A stretch of 64,000 nt of DNA, taken from the NCBI GenBank assembly GCA_013334655.1, contig JAAXXD010000002.1:6319-70318 (forward strand). The letters are read 5' to 3'. Below the pieces are notes generated by a model. The model was not told the origin of the DNA. It saw only the letters and a list, made by a program, of their open reading frames with translations, and did no database searches. Positions within the stretch are counted from its first letter, which is position 1. Every line of letters starts with the position of its first letter. The stretch comes from Chlorobaculum sp. Its GTDB lineage: Bacteria > Bacteroidota > Chlorobiia > Chlorobiales > Chlorobiaceae. The position numbers and the translations under genes are program-made. Shown here piece after piece: positions 22,701-30,755 of this stretch.

Positions 22701-24106
22701 ATCGGCGTCGCGTTGTCATCCGGCTTTTTTTCGAGCTTGAGGAGCTGATCGACGTAGGTGGCCGCGATGGGACTCGCCTCGTAGCGCTGGCGGATGCGGG
22801 CGAGGTATGGCGAAAAGTCGAAAAGTCCGCGCTCCAGCTCGTCGTAGGTAAGCGCCTGCATCCCCTGTTCGCGGGCGAAGCTGCGAGCCGCCGCGCTGAA
22901 ATCCTTCGCCGCCACCACCATGCCGCGAGCCTGCATCTGCCGCGCCGTCGAGCCGTCGAGCCACGTCCTGAAAATCTGCACGGTCTCTTTGGGAATGACC
23001 GCCTGATGATCCTTGCACTCTACGAAGTAAACCTCTTCCCGCCCGAAGTCGGCGCGTTTGCGGGCGATCAGATCGATGCGGTTGCTGTCGATCAACTGCT
23101 CCCGCTCGACGGTGTAACCAAGCAGCCGCAACAGATACGCCACCCGCTCCTCGAAGCTCTTGCCCTGCTCGACCGTGCTTCTGCCGGGACGGGAGACGAG
23201 ATCGGGCCGCTCTTCAGCGCTACGGCGAGCCGATTTGGTTTCGGCGATCACCTGCTGGCGAACCGCCTCAATTTTCTGTTCGAGGTCGCGATACGCTTTT
23301 GCTACAGGACTGTCTGGAAGAGTCGCCGCATACAGGTCTTCCGTAAACTGCAAGTCATCGTTAAATGGAATCGAGACGACTTCAGACTGTTTCATTCCGA
23401 AAGCCTCTTCCCAGATGGCTTCACCTCCCGTCCGGTATTTGTTTTTATCCGAAATCGGCGACGCGACGAGGATTCGCGTCAGATTCGGCAGTGGAGCTCG
23501 TGGCTTGAGCTTGCCTTCGCTGGCTGGTTCGAGCGCTTTCCAGACGTGGGCCAGTCCTCTGGTGTTCTGCCGACCGTAATTGCCGACCATTACGGTGACA
23601 TGGGGCAAAAGGGCGGCGAGCAAGCCGCCGATGTCGGTAATGCCGGTGCGGGAGTCGAGAATCACCGTCTCGAATCCCGCATCGCCAAACGCATCGAGCG
23701 CACGGCGAAAAAGCGTCAAGCCGCTGTCGAGGTCGCGCACAAGAAAATCGTCCCACTGAACATCCTGATACAGCCCGGCGAAATCCTTCTTTTCGCCATA
23801 GGCAGGCAGAATGCAAAGCTGCGCGGAGGTCGGCGTCTGGCAGGGGAGTCCCGCGAGCTTGTCGTAATCGGCATCCTTTGCGCTTTTCTTCGACTTTTGC
23901 CATTCGATCAACCACTCGAAAAAGCCCTCTTTGATAGTCCGCGAAGGATCGAGGCCGGGAATATTGTGCATCCCCGGTGCTTCGATGTCGAGGTCCCAGA
24001 GCAGCGTCTTGCCGCGACGGGCGCAAAGTACGCCAACATTGGCCGCCAGCAGGCTCCGCCCGACGCCGCCCTTGTAGCTGTAGAAGGTGACGGTGAAGGG
24101 AGTCAT
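19775..24106 (-). CDS. NLR-like multidomain protein: KGGVGR-type ParA/MinD ATPase + Mrr-like PD-(D/E)xK endonuclease + NACHT NTPase + pentapeptide repeats + 7 WD40 repeats
   Basis: FYSYKGGVGRS, WDLDIEAPG, ILDSRTG; GKSFEERV...RIDLIA...FVECKD; VLGDYGTGKST, LLLDSFDE, ITSR, FSHKSFLEFF; A(N/D)L pentapeptides; seven FSPDG...LW(D/N)-type repeats. Confidence 0.88.
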   Translation of the reverse strand: MTPFTVTFYSYKGGVGRSLLAANVGVLCARRGKTLLWDLDIEAPGMHNIPGLDPSRTIKEGFFEWLIEWQKSKKSAKDADYDKLAGLPCQTPTSAQLCILPAYGEKKDFAGLYQDVQWDDFLVRDLDSGLTLFRRALDAFGDAGFETVILDSRTGITDIGGLLAALLPHVTVMVGNYGRQNTRGLAHVWKALEPASEGKLKPRAPLPNLTRILVASPISDKNKYRTGGEAIWEEAFGMKQSEVVSIPFNDDLQFTEDLYAATLPDSPVAKAYRDLEQKIEAVRQQVIAETKSARRSAEERPDLVSRPGRSTVEQGKSFEERVAYLLRLLGYTVEREQLIDSNRIDLIARKRADFGREEVYFVECKDHQAVIPKETVQIFRTWLDGSTARQMQARGMVVAAKDFSAAARSFAREQGMQALTYDELERGLFDFSPYLARIRQRYEASPIAATYVDQLLKLEKKPDDNATPMLPHALDWISGTGSRLWLVLGDYGTGKSTLVERLAYELARRCETDPESPVPIAVNLRNFPNAISLESLIREHLEAELRAVLNPEIVLHLLEAGRVVLLLDSFDEMGVAQAGRSVEEQFRQLARPTASAGRTARGNRMLITSRSHFFRDTRSARRAVEGGDELFESDSPLGKAARAFDATIDTLPVFTKAQITDYLHKRLGTIEGDKAEQFIEETYGLSDIASTPQLLDMIVASLPDLVKQGDKVTTAHLYLTYTNRWLNTVRLSQGEVNPDHMRELLERMACELWSRPKNEIHYADLAALLRKEQMLSRTIDSERVDLEMRTAAFLIRSADGYYRFSHKSFLEFFFARALFRALKDDRFADVLGYGRVNQEATDFFLELVESEKATPDKLTLAIRTILANPYRSTISENALLIGYNTALYRVHPRSKNALATYSRSSDKRFVPFLQELIPPKAQLQGANLYIVSLMHLYAEEIDFSRAHLNGINLDSAQLRKASFENCLLDAASLKHAHLKEANLNNVSAQNIEAQEIDLSGVSCKNANVEGANLRHLKANGADFSGTNLKCARLAGADVTNANLSSVNLTGATWPKAKGLPHNSGYHATNPVIENLSINTQFNDINDCAFSPDGTLILIAGGDISAHLWDIASGKRVRKFSGHPFGIYGCKFSPDGTVILTAGDDKLAVLWDVQSGKEIHSFNEHSAEILTCAFSPNGNAVLTADNDGIALLWDRHSGKLIQRFEGHSGSIYSCAFSPDGNTIITSGKESTARLWNAHSGETIRLFEHYSGSIRACKFAPDGKTLVTAADDGIARLWETASGREIRQLKGHGDAMLACVFSPDGNSLLTAGSNSTAQLWGIDSGEEIWRIAGESKRPILTCAFSPDGNFILTGGTYGTARLWNIVLKQEMLCLSADYTSWLSYSRIDNRWDGKGSLTEQLHYIDEAEEPTADPGWVPRNWVAADLPELKGLTPLPELMKLAEKQ

Positions 24107-24732
24107 GATGCACTCCTCAGAAAACTTGCTCCGCGAGTGACTTCGATGCTGTTTTTCTGTTCGAGGCTTTTGGCGTGAAGCAATCCGGTTTCAGTCAGTT
24201 TCAGGATATTGTCTCGCCCATGCTTTCGTTTGGTGACGAGTCCATTGGCTTCGAGCGTGCTGATGAGCTGGGTAACACGCCCGGTGGTGACGCCGAGATG
24301 CGCCACAAGACCGGATTGCGGCTGCTCGCCATTGCCAGTCTGAAACAGGTAACGCAGGATTTCCGGCACGTTGCGGCGGGCCATTTGAGCTTCAGGATCG
24401 GCGTGGGCCAGATTGAGACGTCTCGCTTCGAGCATGTCGCTTGCTTCTTGCCAGCGATAGCGAAATTCAGCCGGAAGCGTTGCCGCTGCTTTGGATCTGT
24501 TCAGCGCATAATGAATCAGGCGTTGCAGTTCCGAAATGCCTTCACGATCGCCCGGATGGGCTATTGCTCTTGCCGACCAGACGGCAATCATCCGGTTGAC
24601 GGCGTTCAGCTCGTTGTCACTCCACCGTTCGAGATCAATGATCGCCACCATCAATTCAGCCGGAGTCGCTCTATCGACGAGCATCGCCGGGTCACTGACG
24701 TTAAGATTCAACGTGTTTTTCGGCGTGTTCAT
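24103..24732 (-). CDS. protein with C-terminal MarR-like winged HTH
   Basis: QSGLVAHLGVTTGRVTQLISTLEANGLVTKRKHGRDNILKLTETG; ATGA overlap with the NACHT gene. Confidence 0.8.
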   Translation of the reverse strand: MNTPKNTLNLNVSDPAMLVDRATPAELMVAIIDLERWSDNELNAVNRMIAVWSARAIAHPGDREGISELQRLIHYALNRSKAAATLPAEFRYRWQEASDMLEARRLNLAHADPEAQMARRNVPEILRYLFQTGNGEQPQSGLVAHLGVTTGRVTQLISTLEANGLVTKRKHGRDNILKLTETGLLHAKSLEQKNSIEVTRGASFLRSAS

Positions 24733-24740
24733 GATGCTAA

Positions 24741-24782
24741 AATGTTCTAAGGTTTTTTCTTTATAAACAATTTAACATTATA
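24741..24782 (-). promoter_or_regulatory. putative internal promoter (-10 TATAAT) overlapped by AATGTT...AACATT inverted repeat
   Basis: ATTATA at 24777-24782 (TATAAT on minus strand); AATGTT 24741-24746 and AACATT 24774-24779. Confidence 0.35.
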
Positions 24783-24808
24783 TAGCTGATAAAAGCTCCT
24801 CTTGGTAC

Positions 24809-26068
24809 TTATCTCACCAGTCTCAAATGAGAATTTGTACGTTTTTCAACGGTGAAAATGGTCAATCCAGGTTTACCGTCTTCATATTTGTCGTGATGAA
24901 CGAAGCCCTGATCAAACTCCTGCGCATCAGGCATCTGCTGATTGGCCACGGCGATGACCATACCTCTCGTGTCGTGAAGCGTTTTTGCAGCTAACTTGTG
25001 CGGCCCGAGCTTGTCGCTCATGCTTGGCACCAGCAGCCAGTCGAGCGGTAATGATTGCAGTACTGCGGCGGAACTTCCCATAAACAGGTCGCGACAGATG
25101 GTCATACCTATGAGTCCGATGGGTGAGGCAAGGCAGGTAATCGGTGTCGGCGAGGATTCGATCATTTCACCGCAATCTTTAAAGGTTACCCGCTCCCGTT
25201 TGTCCGAACCGAAAAGGGTGACGCCATCGAGTCCGCAAAGCGCCTCGGCGTGGTTCCTCCATCTGCTGTAGCATTGTTCGTGAAAGCTGCCGGGAATGAT
25301 GAGCGGAACAGAGAGGTCATGATCTTCACCGACCATGAGCGAGAGATCCATCATCTGTTCGCTGATTGCTTTTCGCATGTCTGCGGTGATGGTCATCTCC
25401 GGCATGATGAGGAGATGAACGCCAGCCTCATGAGCTTTTCTGATATGTTCAAGCGCGGCGGCAAGCCGTTGTTCTGCGTCATCGATACCATTGCAGATGA
25501 AAAACCTGTTGTCCGTATAACATATGTCAAGCTTGAGGCTATCGGTGAAGTGGATGATCCCGATTTTGAATAGTTCAGTCTCGAAACGACAGGCTGTCCA
25601 ATCCTGATGTCCTGAAGGAATGTCACAAAGATCGACCGGAATACCGTGAATATTGTCGAGTGGAATGACCCGGTGATGTTTCAGCCAGCAGGAGAGATTG
25701 CCGAATTGCCCGGTCAGTCTGCCGCCTCCGAAGCCGGGATAGAGCCGGAGCAATTTGGATTCTCCGAATCCGTCGTTGATGGTATCATGCGGAGTGGCGC
25801 TGTCTGGGCCGAAGATGCGGTGGCAGAGTTCATCGATGGTTTGCAGCCAAAGCAGCGGATCGCTCTCGATATCGGATTGCGTGACAGCGTCAGTCTTGTC
25901 AACGTCGAGAATCTCAAGCAGGGAATTTATTTGTGAATGCGAGTACATCAGTTCCCAATCATCGAGATTCCGACGTCCGTCAGGTAGTGGTTCCTGTGCC
26001 AGCCGACACAAGCGTGCCAGCGCCTGCCGGTAGCAGCGGGTGTTGATGAACTCGGCGACTTTATCCAT
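24809..26068 (-). CDS. carbon-nitrogen hydrolase (nitrilase superfamily) domain protein with unknown N-terminal domain
   Basis: E-K-C triad: HLLIMPEM, GSDKRE, IGMTICRD, followed by WLLVPSMS and AVANQ. Start MDKVAEF chosen; ORF extends to 26143. Confidence 0.75.
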   Translation of the reverse strand: MDKVAEFINTRCYRQALARLCRLAQEPLPDGRRNLDDWELMYSHSQINSLLEILDVDKTDAVTQSDIESDPLLWLQTIDELCHRIFGPDSATPHDTINDGFGESKLLRLYPGFGGGRLTGQFGNLSCWLKHHRVIPLDNIHGIPVDLCDIPSGHQDWTACRFETELFKIGIIHFTDSLKLDICYTDNRFFICNGIDDAEQRLAAALEHIRKAHEAGVHLLIMPEMTITADMRKAISEQMMDLSLMVGEDHDLSVPLIIPGSFHEQCYSRWRNHAEALCGLDGVTLFGSDKRERVTFKDCGEMIESSPTPITCLASPIGLIGMTICRDLFMGSSAAVLQSLPLDWLLVPSMSDKLGPHKLAAKTLHDTRGMVIAVANQQMPDAQEFDQGFVHHDKYEDGKPGLTIFTVEKRTNSHLRLVR

Positions 26069-26209
26069 AAGCGGGAAGATGCCGGTTGCGGAAGCCTGTC
26101 TGTTAGGGTACTGCCTTTTGTATGATACGTGTTTTCGGCGCAAGAGTCAACAGCGGAGCGGGAATGTCGAGGTGCCGCGCCGCCCGCTGGATGAGTGGCC
26201 TCTCCAGCT

Positions 26210-27346
26210 TCACTCCACGAAATCGACTCGCCAGATTCGGGCGGCGGCTTCAGCCATTTGCTTTTGCCTCGCTTCGACTTTTTGCTCGTCCCAGCCATCC
26301 TGCCCGGCGATTTCGCGCGTGATTCCGAAGGCGCTCTGTTCGTAGGCGGCGCGTTTCGTTGAGTAATCGCCCTTGCCCAACTCCTTGTTTCGCGTGGTTT
26401 CGAGCGGCTTCATGTTGCCGATCCGGTAGACCATGCGCTCCTGTTTCGTTTCGTCAAGAAACAGCCACGCTTCAGAGGGCGATTCCGGCAAAACGTGCTC
26501 CAGGCTGTACGCGCCGCTTTCAAAATCGAAATTCTGCTCCGATCGCTCTCGCTCGATTTCAAACAGGCTGTACCGCATAACCTTTTTGTTCTGGCTGTTG
26601 GTCGTGCGCAATTCCTTGTCGGCAAAGGCGATCATGAACTGCTGGTCGTCGGGATAAAGCTCCCGAAGAGCGGCCATCACGTCAGAAGGATGTCCAATCG
26701 ATCCCATCGAAACCTTCCATGCGATCTCGTTGTAGAGGCGCTCCTGCTCGTGGGTCTGTAGATCGCAGATAACGTTGTACCGGAAGGAGATGGCGGCAAC
26801 TGCTTTCATGATCCCAGTAAACTCTTTTCTTTCATATTCATAAAATTTCCACCAGCAAGCTATCAGCATGGCGAGCGGCTGACGGACGTTGAACATCAGA
26901 AGCTGTTCAAGCGCCGATTTCTCCTCGTCGCTCCACGTCCCGTCCTGCGGATCGCGCAATGCGGCATAGACGGCGGCCAGATGATCGAAATCGTGCAGCA
27001 GCTCGAAAGCTGCTTCGTGGGTGACGATGCGCTTGCGAATGGTCTTGAACAGATCGGTTTTGCGCACTAGACGGCTCCTACTGTTCCAGTATACGCGCAG
27101 GAATTCGGGAAAACTTTCGCTGCCAAGCAGAGTGACAATCTGCTCCTACCGCTCTTCGAGCAATTTCAGTTCGGTTTCGTGCGTCTGTTGCGAACTGATC
27201 ACCGAAAAAAGGTAGTTTTTCAGCAGGTCGTTGGCCGAAAGTCTCACGCCACGAGCGTTCAGCGTCTCGAACACCTTGAAGGCGTTGAGTTCGTCCGTCA
27301 CCGTGATGACCGTAAAGAAGAGCTTGTCCACGAGCGAGCCGAGCAT
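26210..27346 (-). pseudogene. 5'-truncated DUF262-DUF1524 (GmrSD-like) HNH nuclease with in-frame amber stop
   Basis: NAFKVFETLNARGVRLS..DLLKN (DUF262 end); ER*EQIV (TAG at 27146-27148, in frame with the downstream ORF, probably from TGG); SLEHVLPE...RIGN..PLE...N HNH motif. Confidence 0.8.
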
Positions 27347-28213
27347 CGCGGAGCCGACCTCTCGGGAGCGAGGCTCGACGGCGTCAACTTCAGCCGTAGC
27401 GCCATCGACAGCCTTACCCGCTACGATGGTGTCGAGGGTTGCGATATCGGCGTCAACGGCCTCTATTCACCATCGACCGACTCGGCGGCGCTCATGCGTC
27501 TCGACCCGCCCGGCAACTCCATGCAAGGCGCCAACGCCGAGGCGGTCGTCGAGAGCCTGCGCCACGCCCGCAAGCTGCACACCTTATCGTTGCTGCTCGC
27601 AGGCATCGCGCTGCTTTTCATCGTCTTCAAGCCCAAAACCATCACCCTGCCGTACCTTGCCGGATCGTTCAAGTTCGACGATCTCAGCTACGCCTTTCTG
27701 GCCACGATTCTCTCCACCGGCATACTCAGCCAGGTCGCCTCGTTTATCGACTCCGCCCTGCAAGGCGCGCACTACCTCAACGACCGCCGCGCGGCGATGC
27801 TGGTTGGCCACTTTCCGTGGCTGCTCTCCAAGTTCGAAAGCGACCCCGCGGGCAAGCGCCAGTCCAGAATCCTGCGCTTCTTCATGATCTTTCATCCGCT
27901 GATCTATATCTACTTCTTCGTCCCGTGGAGCGCCCTCGCCATCGGCGACTGGAGCGCGGTCATCAGCCACTATGAGCAGATGCCAGTCATCTTCGGCGAA
28001 TACCTTCTGCCGTTCGTCTACATCATCCTCATCCGCATCTGCCTGCGCATCTTCAAGCTTTCTGAAGGTTTCCAGAAGCCCATTCTTTTCGACGCAGAAA
28101 CCGAACGCAGCCGCCGCATCGACATGGAACGCCTTGCCGAAGCCTTCGAACGCCAGGCCAACCTCACCGCCGAACTGGTGGAGTTGTTGAAAGAGAGGAG
28201 GAAAAAGAGTTGA
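27347..28213 (+). pseudogene. 5'-truncated paralog of the pentapeptide/membrane protein at 5916-6995
   Basis: RGADLSGARLDGVN...TRYDGVEGC...LSEGFQKPILFDAETER is nearly identical to 5916-6995; N-terminus missing and abutting the DUF262 remnant. Confidence 0.8.
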
Positions 28214-28697
28214 GCCTATTCCGCCCTCAGGACATCCATGCATCCCTGTATTTAACCGTAGAAAAATTGGATTTTTTAAAAAAATCGTACATTTTTCGTA
28301 AAACTGGGGAATTATTCCTTTTGCCGGGCGATTTTATCTCTCATGGTAAAAGGTTTTATTCTGGCTGATTTGGCAGTTGCAATCCCCTTGCATTTTTTCG
28401 TTTTTTTACTCTTTTTTTCGAAACGGCATCGTAGTTCATTTTTACATAAAAGCTCACCTGTAATGCATTTATATGAATTCAGGATGAGAGTAAGGCATGG
28501 TACAGTTTATTTGTATATAATACTTGTTACTGAGCTGATTTGAACCATGGCCAATGATTCATATATAAAGATTTGATACAAATTGCGTTTCGGATATTGA
28601 TTATGAAAGCAGAAAACAGTTTTGTCGTATTGTATCGCTAAAGCCACGGCGATACATATGTAACAGTGGCTAATTCTAACAACCAAGGAGGCTTATT

Positions 28698-30566
28698 ATG
28701 GCTAACACGAAAGATGTTCAAATCCGTATCTTGCCGTCAAGTATGAAGCTCGCAGGCGCTGATGCAAAATTCGAATCCAAGGTTACTGATATCATTAAAT
28801 CTCAAATTCTTCCCAAAGCAAAAGCAAAAGCCAAAGCCGAGTATTATCGCGTAGATGTCAAGATCAAGCCGACAATAGAGAAGGCACCAAAACACTTTAT
28901 TGCCTATCTGTTAAGAAAAGACATTTATCTGGCCGAAACTGTTCGGGTCAATGTTGACAAAGATTTCAACGTCACTGAAACCATCTGGAATTACGATGCC
29001 TCAAAGGAAGAAGATGATGCTGAAGCGGAAGCGGATTCCAAAGGGTTATCAAGTGCTGAATATTCAAGCTATGATTTCATTGCGGCAACGCCAGTACCTG
29101 ATATTCCTACTGCAAAGAAGGCGGTTGAAGATTTGAATAACCTGTTCATCAGTCTTGGGTTCAAATCAAAGATGCTTCTTGGGCCTGAAGCCACAGTAGA
29201 AAACTATAAAAATTATCTCACGAGCGGCCTGAAGGGTTTTGTCAATGTCGGTCATGGTAATACCAATGAGGTTATTCTTTACAATGGGAGTCTGAATGCA
29301 ACATGGTTCAATAGTGTTGCCAATCAGGCGGTGAAACCCTCTGTTGTGTACTTCAACTCTTGCCAGGTTTTCAATGATCCTTTGAAATCAGCGGTATTGA
29401 AAGCTGGCGCTCGCACCTTTATAGGAGGTATTGTTAATTTGTTGATTGGGCCTTCAGAAGCTGTGTGCGTGTGTTTCTGGACCAAGATTTTGAAATCCCT
29501 GACAGCTATGGGGGACGCTCTGCACCAGTGTGAGAAGGACAAATATCCTCAGCAAGGTGCTCATGGTATTGGTGGAGACACCGGGCTTTTTGCCAAAACA
29601 ACCTGTAGTGAACTTTGTGTTGGCTCCAATGGTGACGGAAGACTTGAAGTGTTTGCTGTTGGTTCAGATAAAGCGTTATGGCACATCTGGCAGACCGCAC
29701 CGAACAATGGATGGAGCAGTATAGCAAGTTTGGGTGGAATTGTCAGGGGTATTCAGGTCGGCAAAAACAAGGATGGCCGTCTTGAAGTCCTTGCTATCGG
29801 TTCGGATAATGCGTTATGGCACATCTGGCAAACCGCGCCAAACAGCGGCTGGAGCGGCTGGGCAAGCCTTGGCGGTATTGTTAAAGAGCTTGCTGTATCG
29901 AGTAACGCTGATGGTCGCCTTGAAGTGTTTGCCGCTGGTTCGGATAATGCGTTATGGCACATCTGGCAAACCGCGCCAAATAACGGATGGAGCGGCTGGG
30001 GAAGCTTGAAAGGAATTGTCAGGGGCATTCAGGTTGGCAGAAACAAGGATGGTCGTCTTGAAGTTTTTGTTATCGGTTCGGATAATGCGTTATGGCACAT
30101 CTGGCAAACCGCGCCAAACAGCGGATGGAGTGGCTGGGGAAGCCTTGGCGGTATTGTTAAAGAGCTTGCCGTATCGAGTAACGCTGACGGTCGCCTTGAA
30201 GTGTTTGCCGTGGGTTCGGATAATGCGTTATGGCATATCTGGCAAACTGCGCCGAACAACGGATGGAGCGGTTGGGCAAGCCTTGGCGGTGTTGTCAGGG
30301 GCATCAAGGCTGGCAGAAACAAGGATGGTCGTCTTGAAGTCTTTGCTATCGGTTCGGATAATGCGTTATGGCACATCTGGCAAACCGCGCCAAACAGCGG
30401 ATGGAGTGGCTGGGGAAGCCTTGGCGGTGTCGTGAAAAAACTTTCGGTATCGAACAATGCTGATGGCCGTCTTGAACTCTTTGCTATCGGTTCAGATGAT
30501 GCCATATGGCATATCTGGCAAACTGCGCCGAACAACGGATGGAGCGGTTGGGCAAAACTGTCCTGA
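28698..30566 (+). CDS. putative caspase/gingipain-like (clan CD) peptidase fused to a 7-bladed PLL-type lectin beta-propeller
   Basis: AAGGAGG RBS. FVNVGHG and YFNSCQV (His/Cys dyad), AGARTFIG; seven 46-aa DGRLEVFAxGSDNALWHIWQTAPNxGWSGW repeats. Confidence 0.7.
   Translation: MANTKDVQIRILPSSMKLAGADAKFESKVTDIIKSQILPKAKAKAKAEYYRVDVKIKPTIEKAPKHFIAYLLRKDIYLAETVRVNVDKDFNVTETIWNYDASKEEDDAEAEADSKGLSSAEYSSYDFIAATPVPDIPTAKKAVEDLNNLFISLGFKSKMLLGPEATVENYKNYLTSGLKGFVNVGHGNTNEVILYNGSLNATWFNSVANQAVKPSVVYFNSCQVFNDPLKSAVLKAGARTFIGGIVNLLIGPSEAVCVCFWTKILKSLTAMGDALHQCEKDKYPQQGAHGIGGDTGLFAKTTCSELCVGSNGDGRLEVFAVGSDKALWHIWQTAPNNGWSSIASLGGIVRGIQVGKNKDGRLEVLAIGSDNALWHIWQTAPNSGWSGWASLGGIVKELAVSSNADGRLEVFAAGSDNALWHIWQTAPNNGWSGWGSLKGIVRGIQVGRNKDGRLEVFVIGSDNALWHIWQTAPNSGWSGWGSLGGIVKELAVSSNADGRLEVFAVGSDNALWHIWQTAPNNGWSGWASLGGVVRGIKAGRNKDGRLEVFAIGSDNALWHIWQTAPNSGWSGWGSLGGVVKKLSVSNNADGRLELFAIGSDDAIWHIWQTAPNNGWSGWAKLS
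29610..30563 (+). repeat. 7 x 138-bp intragenic tandem repeats in alternating A/B pattern
   Basis: TGGCACATCTGGCAAACCGCGCC-type segments recur every 138 bp; alternating SNADGRL / NKDGRL units give a 276-bp super-period. Confidence 0.9.
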
Positions 30567-30580
30567 TTATCAAGTAACCT

Positions 30581-30610
30581 GCAACAGAGAAGGAGGCCTC
30601 CTTCTCTGTT
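30581..30610. terminator. hairpin between convergent genes
   Basis: CAACAGAGAAGGAGGCCTCCTTCTCTGTTG, perfect palindrome. Confidence 0.7.
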
Positions 30611-30755
30611 GTTATTTTGGATACAATTCAAAGGTCTCTCTATACTGCATAGACATCCGGATCGACAATGGAGCGCGGAATGAAGAGTGGTCCGTGTTCA
30701 TTTGTTTTCAATCTGTATTACTGCGCGGGTTCTGATAATCAATAGAGGCGCCCCC

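Noticed and set aside
21689-24178. 829-aa plus-strand ORF, and similar long ORFs at 35744-37306, 43631-44953, 53404-54729, 60088-61602
   Set aside because: Antisense shadows of GC-rich real genes, with no motifs.
27146-27148. In-frame TAG as programmed readthrough or pyrrolysine
   Set aside because: The gene is also 5'-truncated, and a TGG-to-TAG mutation in a decaying pseudogene is the simpler explanation.
27179-27346. N-terminus of the 344-aa ORF
   Set aside because: It is the antisense of the DUF262 remnant; the ORF is a chimera created by the deletion junction.
29610-30563. Regular repeats that could be taken for a CRISPR array
   Set aside because: The 138-bp units are in-frame protein repeats with no unique spacers, and no cas genes are present.
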